Origin: Stegostoma tigrinum
Lineage: Eukaryota
Length of the DNA: 64,000 nt
Direction of reading: 5' to 3'
Assembly (NCBI RefSeq): GCF_030684315.1
Contig: NC_081369.1
Span: forward strand, 2,532,689 to 2,596,688
The position numbers were made by a program, and so were the translations under genes. The first letter of the stretch is position 1, and every line of letters starts with the position of its first letter. Of this stretch, positions 51,278-63,899 are shown piece after piece. The notes beneath the pieces were generated by a model that saw only the letters and a list, made by a program, of their open reading frames with translations, was not told the DNA's origin and searched no databases.

Positions 51278-51620
51278 GGTGTTGGTGTTGAACTGAGGAG
51301 AACAAAGTCAAAAACCACCTGACACCAAGATATAGTCTAACAGGTTGATTTGAATCATGCGATTTCGGAGCAACGCTCCTTTGTCAGGTGCAGTGAGAGA
51401 CCACACATAGGCAAAGTTTATAGGCAGAGAAATCAAAGGATCATACAGCTGGAGTGAGTGGAATGAACAAACTTAAAGTGGATGATGGGAGCTCCGTTAG
51501 AAGGGTGAAGCGAGTGTTGATTAATTAAGACACACATTACAGAATCTGTTTGAAGTTGTTGCCCCAAGATAATTAAAGGTTTTATCGGTGTCTGTCTCAC
51601 TACACTCAGGTAGAGATACA
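51278..51620 (-). mobile_element. Penelope family C 3' fragment
   Basis: Reverse complement CTGACAAAGGAGCGTTGCTCCGAAA (51363-51387); same terminus as 42512-42690. Confidence 0.65.
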
Positions 51621-51889
51621 AAAGGTGGTGTCTTGCAAGTTGCTGTTCGAACATTCAACAATTTGAGAACTGGATAGAAAATGAGAGACAGAGCAGCCAG
51701 TCCAGAAGCTTCCAAAATCACTCTGCACCTCTTTGACCTTCTTGAACTGCTGCAGACCCTATGGTGACGTTTTTCCCAGATTGCTATTTGGTAAGGAGTT
51801 ACAGGGTTTTCATCCAGTGGTGATAAGGCAATGCTCATATCTGTCAGTTACAATCATTTTGCCTTTATATCTCACTTCTAAAAGTGTAG

Positions 51890-54560
51890 AAACATAGAAA
51901 ATAGGAACAGTTGTAGGCCATTGTAGCTTTTGATCCTGCTCTGCTAGTCATGGCTGAGCATCCTACTCAGTGGCTTGTTCCCACTTTAACCCTCAGAACT
52001 ATATTTATTTTCTTCTTGGAAACATTCAGTGTTTTGGCCTGAATTGCTTTCCGAGACAGCAAATTCCACAAGCTCACCAGTCTGTGAGTAAAAAATGTTT
52101 TCCTCATCTCAGTCCTAAATGGCCTAGCCCTTGTCCTTAAACTGTTACCCCTGGTTCTGGATTGCCCAGCCATTGAGAACACTCTTCCTGCATTTACGTT
52201 GGTCATCCTGTTAGAGTTTTATTGGTTTCTGTGAGATCTTCTCTCATTCTTCAAAACACCAGTGAATTTCATTTTAACCTATCCGTTCTGTTCATATATG
52301 TCAGCCCTGCCATCCCAGGAAGCAACCTGGTAAATCTTTGTTGTACTCCCTCCATAACCAGAACATCTGTTGTCAGATAAGGATTCCGAAACTACCCACA
52401 ATAATCCAGTTGTGATCTCAGCAAGACCCAGTGCAATTTCAGCAAGGCATCCCTGCTCCTGTACTCAAATCCTATTGCTATGAAGGCCAGCATCCCATGT
52501 GCCTCTTCACTTCCGGCTGCACCTGCATGCTTACTTTCAAAACCGGTTTCATTGCTTCGTCCACCTTTCCCAACATACTCCCATTCAGATAATTATCGGT
52601 TGTTCTGTTTTTGCATTCAAACTGGATAGCCTCCTATTTATCAACATTATCCTTCATCTACTTTGCATTTTTGCCCACTCACTCAACTCCAAATCACATT
52701 GAAATGCATTCGCTTCTGCCTCACAGCTCACTGTCCCACCCAGCTTCATACCATAAGATCATAAGACCATAAGACAAAGGAGTGGAAGTAAGGCCACTTG
52801 GCCCATCGAGCCCACTACACCATTTAAATCATGGCTGATGGACATTTCAACTCCACTTCCCTGCGCTCTCCCCGTAGCCCTTAATTTCTTGTGAGATCAA
52901 GAATTTATCAATCTCTGCCTTGATGACATTTAATGTCTTGGCCTCCACTGCGGTCTGTGGCAATGAATTCCACAGGCCCACCACTCTCTGGCTGAAGAAA
53001 AGTCTCCTCATTTCCATTTTAAATTTACCCGCTCTAATTCTAAGGCTGTGCCCACGGGTCCTAGTCTCCCCGCCTAGCGGAAACAACTTCCCAGCATCCA
53101 CCATTTCTAAGCCATACATTATCTTGTAAGTTTCTATCAGATCTCGCCTCAACCTTCTAAACTCTAATGAGTACAATCCCAGGATCCTCAGCCATTCATT
53201 GTATGTTAAACCTACCAGTGTGGAGATATGGCATTTAAGTTTCCTCATCTAAATCCTTAATAGATATTATGAATAAATGGGGTCCAAGCACTGATCCCTG
53301 CAGTACCATTCTGGTCACTGGCTGCCAATCAAAAATGACCTGTTTGTTTTTGCCGTTGTTTCCTGTCTGCAAGCCCGTTCTGAAACTGGGACAATACATA
53401 GCGCCAATCCCATGTGCTTTAATTCTACACACTAATTCTTCTGCAGGGTATTTTGAATGCTTTGTCAAAACCCAAGTAAACTATATCTATTGCATCCTTA
53501 CCAACTCTAAATGTTGCATTCTTGAAACATTCCAGCCAATTTGACCAGCATGATTTCCCTTTCATAAATCCATGCTAACTGATTCTGTCCAATCCTGTCA
53601 ATATTTTCTGGTTTAAGCTAACTAGTGTAAAATTCAATGTTTTCTCTCTACCTCCTTTTCTCAAAAGGTAGGGTTACCTTAGTAACCTTCAAACATAGGA
53701 ATTGTTCCAGAATCTCTCGAATCTATAAAAATGACGATCAATTTTCTCTATTTAGATTCAAGCCCAGAGTTTCAGAATACATCCATTATCTCATGGGCTG
53801 CTTTGTTAAGTATGCTGAGGTGCAGATTAACTGGTGCTGGGATTTGTTGGCCTTTAATCCCATCAATTTTCCCAACATCCCCCTGTTAAAACGGATTTCC
53901 TTCAGATGCTCCCTTTTATGTCTTACCCAGCATTTTACGCATATTATTTGTGTCATCTGTTATGATGACAGTACCAAAATGTAGTTAATTGGTCAGCCAC
54001 CTCTTTATTTCACATTATAACTTCTTCTGTTTCTCATTGTAGGTGATTTGTTTTCCTTACTCCTTTTTTACCCCATTCCTTATACATTTCAGGAGCTTTT
54101 GCAATTAGTTTATATGTTCCCTGCAAGCTTACCCTGATACCCTGTTTTCCCTTCAACCAGTTGTTTGGTCCTCTTTTGCTGAAATGCTCCCATTTTTCAG
54201 GTCTGCTACTCATTTTTGCCAATTTGTTCGTCCCTTCAATGGAAACAGCATATCCCTAATATCCCTTGTGAGCCATGGCAGGGCCAGCTTTCTCATTTTA
54301 TTTTGTGCAAGACAAGAATGAACAACAGTTGCAGTTCTTTCAGGTGCTCTCTAAATGTTTGTCTTCCCTTTAAGTCAATGTTTCCCAAGTTATTGTAACC
54401 TGCCTGCACCTCATACCATCATAATTTCCTCTATATAGGTTTGGCCCCCAGACTCAGTATCGACTCTGTCACTCTCCATCTTAATAAAGATTTCTATCAC
54501 TGAGTTCTTCATTCTTCCACAAGAGGCCTCTTACAGTTAGGTTGCCAATTACCCCCATCT
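51890..54560 (-). mobile_element. Old CR1 LINE with a younger CR1 (52750-53222) nested in it
   Basis: Minus ORFs TRGNSLR...FFTHRLVSLWN, LRILGLYSLEFRRLRRDLIETYKI and VLQGSVLGPHLF; (ccataaga)n and (catagaaa)n tails. Confidence 0.88.
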
Positions 54561-54574
54561 CATTTCACAATTAA

Positions 54575-54632
54575 AATGTTAAAGTTAAATTTTCCACAGT
54601 CCCAGAAGACCATAGGACTGCTGTCTCACTTC

Positions 54633-54679
<47 letters not shown>

Positions 54680-54863
54680 GAGAGAGAGAGAGAGAGAGAG
54701 AGAGGACTAATGGTGCTTTAACCTGTGGGCCACCATGCAGCAGACAGTGGCCAAGGCTAAGAATGTGGGACCTTCACAGTGACTTCAGATGGTACAGGAA
54801 TTGAGCATGTGCTGTTCGTGTCACTGCATCACAAACCAGTCATCCTGCCAACTGAACTAACCC
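54575..54863 (-). mobile_element. tRNA-derived SINE with internal (AG)n expansion
   Basis: Minus-strand head gggttagttcagttggcagg...gctcaattcc (A/B-box-like). Confidence 0.55.
54633..54703. repeat. (AG)n microsatellite, interrupted
   Basis: Direct reading. Confidence 0.97.
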
Positions 54864-55034
54864 ATTCTCAGCCATTACAGAACATGCAGTCAAGTTTGGC
54901 CTGTCCTCCATTTGGTTCCCCAATGTTTCAATCCAGAAAATGCCCCATATACACTCCAGGAATTTCTTCTTTACGATCTTTTTACTGATTTGATTTTCTC
55001 AATCTATGTTCAGATGGAACTCATCCAGAATAAT

Positions 55035-55700
55035 CATCAGACCACAGGATAAAGGAGCAGAATTAGGCTGTTCACCCCATTGAGTCTGCTTCACTATTTG
55101 ATCATGACGGATATATTTCTCAACTCCATTCGACTACCTTCTCCTGTAACTGTTGATCCCCTCACCATTCAAGAAACTATCTACCTCTGTCATAAATGAC
55201 TTGGCCTCCACAACACTCGATAACAATGAATTCCACAGAATCAACAACCTCTGGCTGAATAAATTCCTCCTCATCGCAGTTCCAAAGGGTCATCCCTTCA
55301 TTCTGAGGCTGTGCACTCAGTTTCTAGTCTCTCTTACTGGGTGAAACATCTTTTCAATGTCACATTGAGACAGATAGCACAGAAACAGACCCTTCGGCCC
55401 AACCAGTCCATGCCGAACACTTTACAAAATTAAAGTAGCTCCACCTGCCTGCACGTAGCTCAGATCTGTCCAAATATTTCTTATGCATCTATTATCCAAA
55501 TGTCTTTTGAATATTGTAACTGTACACACAATCACCATTTCCTCTGCAAATTCATTTGACACACAAACCATTCTCTGTGGCTTAGGAAAAAAGGGTCCCT
55601 CAGGTCGTTCTGAAATCTTTCTACTCTCTCCATTAAAGATATGCCCCCTAGTCTTGAAATCCCCAAACTATTGAAAAATCCTGCTGTCCACCTTATCTGT
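55035..55700 (-). mobile_element. Two CR1 3' fragments
   Basis: CR1 3' UTR reverse complements starting at ~55035 and ~55368. Confidence 0.7.
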
Positions 55701-55824
55701 ACCTCGCAAGGGCAGGACTTACATAATTAATGTTAAGGCCTGGGTAGTATTGTCCCTGGGTACCTTTGTATCTAAGATGGTGCTATGATTGCTGACTTGT
55801 AAACATTTCCTGTACTCACGCATT

Positions 55825-56955
55825 TCATAAGGTTCCACATGATAGGCTCATTCAGAAAGTAAAGAGGCATGGGATTCAGGGAAATTTGGCTATCTGGATA
55901 CAAAACTGGCTCTCCAATAGAAACAGAGGATGGTAGTAGATGGAAGGTGTTCCGCCTGGAACCCTGTGACCAGTGCTGTTCCGGAGGATCTGTTGTGACC
56001 TCTGCTCTTTGTTATCTTTATAAATGACTTGGATGTGGAAGTGGAAGGGTGGGTTAGTAAGTTTGCTGATGACACAGAAGTTGGTGGAGTTGTGGACAGC
56101 GTAGAAGGCTGTTGTAGGTTGCAACAGGATGCAGAGCTGGGCAAAGAAGTGGCAGATAGAATTCAATCCAGAAAAGTGTGAAGTGGTTCATTTTGGAGGG
56201 TTGAATTTGAATGCAGAATACAGGGATAATGGCAGGATTCTTGGCAGTGTGGAGAAACAGAGGGATATTGGGGTCTACATCCATAGATCCCTCAACGTTG
56301 CTATCCAGATTGATAGTTTGTAAAGAAGGCATATGGTATGTTGGCTTTCATCAGCAGGGCAATTGAGTTTAAGAGCCGTGAGGTTATGTTGCAGTTCTCT
56401 AAAACCCTGGTTCGATCACACTAGGAATATTGAGCTCAGTTTTGCTCAACTTATTGTAGGAAAGATGTGGAAGCTTTAGAGAGGGTGCAGAGGAGATTTA
56501 CTATGATGCTGCCTGGACTGGAGGGCAGGTCGTATGAGGGAATGTTGAGGGAGCTCGGGATTTTTTTCATTGGAGCGAAGAAGGATGAATGGTGACTTGA
56601 TAGAGGTGTATGAGAATATGAGAAGCATCGACAGAGTGGATAGTTAGAAACTTTTTCCCTGGGGCGAAATGACTGTTACGAGGGGACATAATTTTAATAT
56701 GATTGGAGGAAGGTATAGGGGAGATGTCAGAGGTAAGATCTTGACACAGAGATTGGTGGGTAGGATGCGCTGCCAGCAGTGGTAGTGGAGTCAGGTACTT
56801 TAGAGACTTTTAAGCAACTCTTGGATAGGCACATGGAGGATAGTAAAATGTAGGGTATGCAGGGTAGGTTGATCTCGGTAGGAGAATGGATTGGCAGACC
56901 ATTGTGGGCCAAAGGGCCTGTACTGTGCTGTACTGTTCTATGTTGTATGTTCTGT
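55825..56955 (+). mobile_element. CR1 LINE, 5'-truncated
   Basis: Homologous to 46108-47235 (KVPHDRLIQKV...KFADDTE); ttctatg tail. Confidence 0.92.
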
Positions 56956-57178
56956 GATCCATGTTCAAGTCAGGCACTGAATTGTAGGTGTGAGGCCTTG
57001 TTCAGAATCTGTTTTCAACTTCTAACCTGAAATCAGGCTGATTTCATTCGGAAAGCAGGAATTTCTAAAATGACAGCCTGACTGACTGTAACTACAAATT
57101 GTATGTTTTTGTATGAAACAGAATGGACAGCAAATAGCCAAACATTTTGGATGAAATGATTCACCACATGGGTTTAAA

Positions 57179-57222
57179 TGTGTGTGTGTGTGTGTGAGTT
57201 AGAGAGAGAGTGAGCGAGACAG
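57179..57222. repeat. (TG)n/(AG)n compound microsatellite
   Basis: Direct reading. Confidence 0.9.
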
Positions 57223-58336
57223 ACAATGATAATGATGGCAAGATATGACAGAGTAAAGAAGATATTAAAGATATAGAACAGTGGGGTGGGGTAACCTGGA
57301 GCGCAATATGATCACTGTTGAGGGTGTCTTTATCGCGACAGAACTTGGCTATCAATCGCTGCTTGGTGATTCTGCGTCATTGTGCATCCTGAAGTCTGCC
57401 TAGGGCAATACTTCAAACAACAGACAGCTATGTGGAGATAACAAATTGGCTCCATTTTTTGGGGGTGGTTGAGAGTAACAAATACGTCAGAGCTAAGCAT
57501 AGCAGGTGGGTGAGGAGTTATGGAGAAATGTCGATGAGGAGCAGTGACAGGAGGTAGATAGATGAAGGGGGAAGATGGTTTAGATGGTGTCAGGTGTCTA
57601 CGTCTGTGGTTGGAGTGTTAGATTTCTATATGTAGTGTTTAGTTCCTTTGAGTGAGGTTCAGTTTCCTACAGCGGTCAAAGTTAAACAAATCTGATAAAA
57701 TAGTGCTGTCCTTTAGAGTGGGATTGGGAATGCATCTGTTAAACAAGAGTCAAACTTTTCATTAGACAGCAGATACTGTAAATTTTATTCTGATAGTTTG
57801 GTTTCCCTCATGACACACAGAAACATATAATGTAGGAGCAGGAGTAGGCCATTCGGCTGTTTGAACCCAGTCGATTCTATACAATTCTGGCTGATCATCT
57901 CATTCAGTCTCCAGTTCCTGCTTACTCCTCATATCCAATGATCCATCAAGAATGATATTTGCAGGTTTCTTGAAGGTCTTCAATGTTTTAGTTTCAACAG
58001 TTTACATGTAAATAGCAAGTAACAAGTAAATAACACACAGACATAATGCTCAAGAGCCTCAGCACGTTTGGCAGCACCTATACAAACACAAAAAAAAAAT
58101 AGAATCAACATTTCCCAACCAGTATGACCCTTCTTCAGAGCTGCTAAGTTAGCCGGAACCCTCTGAAGGTGCCGACTGTAATTCAGAGTGTGATCTGTTT
58201 TAGTGAGCTCCAGGCACCAGGTGACTTCCCACCAGAAAAGAAAACTTCCTAGACACTTAACACAATGTTAGCAGGTCACGACTTCCAGACATCCCAGTTG
58301 CACTCAGTCTCCAAGTACCGAGAGACGGGAAAAACT

Positions 58337-58374
58337 CAGCTTCATGCAAATTCCCAATGATTGTCCCTCTACTG
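58337..58374 (+). other. Candidate decayed leader exon of receptor copy 2
   Basis: Ends at ctg|gtgaat and aligns codon-wise with 44670-44633 (-). The implied ancestral peptide resembles MLHLKFxxIVxL, but here the ATG position reads CAG and the frame is broken. Confidence 0.3.
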
Positions 58375-58814
58375 GTGAATGAATACACGGAACTTGTGCT
58401 TGTTTGCATGATGCTTTTTTCCTGTTTCTTTTTTCATTACAATATATTTCATTGAGTCTCAAACTGGACAATGAACAAGGGTGAATCTGGTGTGAGAAAT
58501 ATTTCTTTGATACCAGAGCAAATTGTTTCTTCGAATATTTTCCACAAAATGAAAATTTCTTCTTTACTGAAAGCTACTTTACGCAATTCTAAATAGTTAA
58601 CAAATACACCACATGTTGACATGCACACCTCAGTTAAAATCAGTCCATCTAGGCAAGCTGCTCTCTGTGGTAACTGACAGCAGGTTTTTGCTGACAAAAT
58701 GTGCAACATGGAGCCACCTACATGTCGGTTTATTGTGTAAAATATGCCATTTAACTGAGATTACAGGCAAGTGGAAATATTGTAGAACTGTGCTTGATAC
58801 ATGAAATGCAAGGT

Positions 58815-59160
58815 GGAGTTGATATTTTCACTGAACTGTTAATCCAGGTGCCCAGGTAATTTTCTGCGGACCTGGGTTCGAATCCCATGATGGTATTTGA
58901 TGGAATTTGAATTCATTGAAAATCTGGAATTAAGAGTCTAAAGATGTTCATGAAACTATTGTAGAATTGTTAGGAAAACTCCATCTGCATCACTATTGCC
59001 CTACAGTGAATGAAATGGCTATCTTTATCTAGTCTGGCCTACATGTGACTCCAGACCCACAGAAATGAGGTCAATTCTTACCTACCCTTTGGGCAGCTAG
59101 GGATAGGCAATAAATGTTGGCTCAGCCTGTGATGTCTTTGTCCGATGAATGAACAAAAAC
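58815..59160 (+). mobile_element. Deu-domain SINE (SacSINE/AmnSINE-related)
   Basis: B-box gggttcgaatccc; Deu core agtctggcctacatgtgactccagacccacag; LINE-derived tail ggcaataaatgttggc. Confidence 0.8.
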
Positions 59161-62021
59161 AAAGTTCCTTCACAAACATAATTGTTTAGCTTACTGATAC
59201 TGTTATTGAGCATCTCCCCTCGGAAATGTTTTAGATTTCAATCACATATATTTTGCCTTTGAGCTGAAGAGTTTTTGGCTCTCTTTCCACTCCAGGATTC
59301 ATGTTAAATAATCTGAACACCATTGCAGCAGATCACATTTCTGCAGTCAGTCCTTTCACATTTATTGATCAGTTGAAATCAAGAAAGCACATGCATGACT
59401 GGACGAGGAGACACCATCTGTTTAAAAGTGGGGTCACGTTCTCATTCAAATTTGATGGCTTAACAGTTCGACTCAAATTTCAACAGTTTCTAGAAAAGCC
59501 AAGCATTGCTACAACTCAGCGACATCTGGAAGGCCACACATCACAAACATAATGCTGATGACAGATCCACGTGTTCTCCAGTAATACGGGATTCCTTAAA
59601 TGATAAAATACAGCTTACATATTCTTGGCTGGAGAACTTAAATTTGAATTCCGCCCAAGAATACCTTGATTCTGACTTAATTGCACTATTAGCACTTGGT
59701 CTCTTGAACATAGTTATATGACAGTCATGATGTGTTTTTTTTTACCTGATGTGTACATCGCTGATCAGATAATTTATTGCCCACAGTTAGCTGTCTGTAA
59801 GAAACTGGTGGTGAGCCATTTTGAGGAACTGGTAAAGTCAATGTGGTTCAGGCCCATCCAATGTGCTGCTTAGAAGGGGATAGGTAATTTGGATCCAGGA
59901 GCAACTCAGATGATTACAATTCCAAGGTGGGTGATCCATATCATGACTGAGGACTGCCTATCTTCTATCCAAGGAGTATGATTTCATATCATGATAGAAC
60001 ATTTCCACTGCTCATTACCTTGACAAATGCAGCTGTAACAGAACCCTGGAGAATGGCATTGTCCACGTCAAAGCTGCACATTTGATCTGAAAACACATTC
60101 TTTTAAATTATCATTTTACCTCATGGATAAAAATAGCACTTCAGAAGGAAACAAACTGATAGTCATAAACAGGGATTTGCAAAGACAGTGAGTGAATATG
60201 ATGAACACAAATAAATGGAAAACCCGTTACATATTTAAGCTGAAAACCTCTATTTCATACTAATCTTACTTCTGAACAGCTCTGTGAGAAAAGGACTTCA
60301 ACAAATTGAAACAGTCACTCATTTACAGCCTTATACATGTTCCAAGGCCCGTGTAATGCCATGGAGTTGATGGATGCCTGAGACTGAAAATACTCAAAGC
60401 GGTTTCCTCACGTTGAGATCATGTCTCAACACAATGAAGGTAGGACATTGGAAAGAAGGTTCTGAAACACCAGCATAATGAGGTAAACAATTAATTCCAC
60501 AACCAGTTTGTATGTCACCTCGACTAAAGAAAAAAATGTAACTGTTTACAATAATTAGAAAAATACTTAAACACAGCAAAATAACTAACCCAACATACAT
60601 ATTAAGTATGTCTTGATTTTAAATGTGTGATTCATGTTAATAATTTGAGAAGTCCTAGAATGATCTTTGCAGTAAACTGGTGTCTTCCTAGCTCTCATTA
60701 AATTGCAAATATTTTCACTGCACTTCTTGGTGAAAAGATGTTATATAGCCAAGAATCATTGAGAACAACTTGCAGAGAGATTGCATGAATGAAATGCTGT
60801 CAAAGATGCGATGCTATTATGTAGAGGCTAGAAAAAATAATAAGAAAGGGGATTTCAGCAGGTAAATCTAACATTGCTGCTCAGTTCTTTCAGATATTGG
60901 AGTGAGAGGTTTATAATTGTGCCCCACTTTCCTGCTCGCATTCCAGGATGTAGCAGTAGCTTTGCCTCCATGTCCTCCAAATTGCAACAGTTACAGTGGG
61001 CTGTTTCTTCACAATAGTTTGTTGTAAAAATTAACAATGCTGAAAGAAACCAAAAGCACTTGGCTGTGCCAGCCTAGCAAGGAGCCAACAAATCAAATCG
61101 ACCAATCGAGGATTTAGTGCAAAGCTTTGCAGATTCAATGCACATCCAGAAAGAAACTTGTGAAAGGGTCAAAGGTGTCTCTGATATCTGCTCAGGCAAT
61201 GGGTTCCAGATAGCGACCACGCTCTGGGATAATCTGTTTCATCATCTTCCTGTTCAGCTTTTCCATTAACCTCTTTAAATCTATAAACTCCGAATCACCG
61301 ATCTCACCATGAAGGCCCGTGAACACCTCCTCATTTACTATGTCTCGGCCCATCTCAATTTTGTGCATCCCAACTAAATTCCCTCTCAGACCCATCCTGT
61401 TTCAATGGCAGAAACATCATCCCATCTGATCAAGTCTCAACAACAACCATCGAAATACCATCCAAACTTTCTCGAGTGTCGTCATTTTTGTGGTGGTTTC
61501 CGGTTACAAAAACAGATTGTATTTGAGAAGGCAGGCTTTTTTCTTCACTCAACAAATGCTCATGTGCTCATTGACCCACACATACGCATATGATGAAATT
61601 GGAGATCGAGACGAACATTTAACAAGCCTTTGTCTCTCCTGTTCTTGGTCACAACTGATGGTCTCAGATTTTCCCTGCCAATATGTCTGCGTGTCATTCG
61701 CGATGGGATGTCTATCTGCTGTGCATCTTGTGTGCAGGTACACATTTCTTTTGCTGAGTATTAACTGTTCGCGATAATAAATGGATATTTTTCATTAATT
61801 TTGTCTTTGTTTCAAGTCAAGTGTTCCCAGAACTCATTTGTCACTTGGGCCACGTGAGGAAAGTATGATATTCAATTCGCACAATAGTTTAAAAATGGGA
61901 GAATTAGTCGAAGAGAAAAATGTGGTCAATTGCTGTTGCATCAATGCCCTGGAAGAATGATGTTATTTGGGTGGTGCAGACTGTCCTTCTTGTTTAACCT
62001 GTGTGTTTCCTTGGTTGACAG

Positions 62022-62333
62022 CTGCTGCTGTGGGCAATTCAGCCAAAGTGAATCGGCACCTCACACGAAAAACGGTGCAGAGAGGTTCATCAGCTCGTCT
62101 ACACTGCCCTTTCTCCGCCAAATTTGATTGTTCAAATGTTACCGCTTACTGGTGGAAAGAAGATAATCAAACCTTTCTGCAGGAGGACAGCAAAAAGTTC
62201 TTCCGTGTAATTAGAGGAGAAGCCTCCCTTAAACTCCTGAATGTGACAGTCCGGGATGCAGGAACGCATCACTGTGCAGTCACACATCAGAATATAAATG
62301 TTGGGAAAGCTGCTGCGCAACTTATTGTGTATG
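62022..62333 (+). CDS. V(J)-type Ig exon, receptor copy 2 (open)
   Basis: gacag|...|gtaagc, 312 nt, phase 1/1. Encodes AAVGNSAKVNRHLTRKTVQRGSSARLHCPFSAKFDCSNVTAYWWKEDNQTFLQEDSKKFFRVIRGEASLKLLNVTVRDAGTHHCAVTHQNINVGKAAAQLIVY, with B-strand Cys, C-strand Trp and D-x-G-x-x-x-C. Confidence 0.88.
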
Positions 62334-62602
62334 GTAAGCGTCACCACGGATAAACATGGAGTCCTACCTGCTAAAAAAAACAACAGCAAACAAAGATATT
62401 TATTAGATATAGATAAATACTTGAAAATATTTGCACTAATTTAAAATTTCTAAACAACAACCACCTAAATACCTTCGGAACTTTCTCTAGTGTTGTCATT
62501 TTTGTGGTGGTTTCTGATTACCAAAGTATTCAAAAATATGGAGACCTTGATCACTTAGTATCACCTCAAGGTTTGAGATCTTCACTGCATTAAAAATAAA
62601 TC

Positions 62603-63405
62603 TCTTGTGGGATGTGGGCATCAGTGGCTGGCCAGCATTTATTGCCTGTCCCTAGTGACCCTTGACAAGGTGGTGGTGAGCTGCCTTCTTGAACCGCTGC
62701 AGTCTATGTGCTGGAAGTAGACTCATAATGTGATTAGAGGGAAATTACACAACTTAGACCCAGTGTCAGTGAAGGAGCAGTGATATATTACCAAGTCAGA
62801 ATTGTCAGTAGCTTGGGATGGTTGTGTTCCCACATCCTTGCTACCCTTTCCTTTCAAGATAACAGCGAAAGTGAGTGTGAAAGGTGCTGTCTCAGGATCT
62901 TTGGTGAATTTCTGCAGTGCATCTTCATGTTACACACTGCTGCTACTGAGTGTCTGTGGTGGAGTGACTGAAAGTGGTGCCAGTCAAGTGGGCAGCTATT
63001 TACTGGATGGTATCAAACTTCTTGAATACTTTCGGACTTGCAGGCGTGCAGGCAAATGGGGACCATTCCAATGCACTGTTGACTTGTGCCTTGTAGATGG
63101 TGGGCAGGCTTTGGGGAGTCAGCAGTTGCTTACATGCTGCAGCATTCCCAGCGTCTGACCTACAGTTCTTTTATATGGCTCGCCCAGTTCTGTTTCTACT
63201 CAATGGTAACCCCCAAAATGTAGATAGTGGGGAATTCACTGATGGTGATGCCACTGAATATTAAGAGGTGGATGGTTAGGTTGCTTCATAGCAGCGATGG
63301 TGTTTGCCTGGCATTTGTATGGCCTGCATATTCCTGGCAACTTTTCAGCTCAAACCCGGATGCTGTCCAGTTCTTATTGCACTTGGACATGGGTTGCTTC
63401 AGTTT
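62603..63405 (-). mobile_element. L2/Crack-like LINE fragment, paralogous to 10018-10985
   Basis: Same position and boundaries in the V-C1 intron. Confidence 0.8.
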
Positions 63406-63899
63406 AATGCATTTAAGTTTTGGAGGGAAAGTGATTGTAATACTTTAATTTTTTTTCTTTGTATTTGAATATGGAGTGACAGAATAAATATCCTTGAAAT
63501 TTTGAGTAGTATTCTGCATTTTGAAATGTTCCTTGCCTCATGAGAGAATCCAAAGTCTTAGCCCTATCACTTGGATGGATTTTGTAAAATTCTTTGGATC
63601 CAGGTCAAATTCCTCATCCCATTTGCAAAGGAAAGATGCAGTGTGACAATTCAATCATGTTTCTATAATGAAGTAGAAACAAATTTTGGAAACTCCTCTC
63701 TCCAAAAAGTAGATGGTATATTGAAAGGATTTGAGGGGTTTTTTGAATGTGGTAAACATAATATTGGTTTCATACACTGTTCATTGCAACAATTAATACA
63801 ACTGTCATGCTGAAATAAGTTGTTTTGTTCACTTAAAAAGTACTTTTTTTGCAGAAGATACAAAATTGATTTATGTAATTTGTGTTATGTACTATTCAG

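Noticed and set aside
48045-53222. Functional inverted repeat from two similar CR1 copies
   Set aside because: Independent insertions of one abundant subfamily, expected at this repeat density.
58870-58890. tRNA gene (GGTTCGAATCCC)
   Set aside because: B-box of a Deu-SINE head; no cloverleaf.
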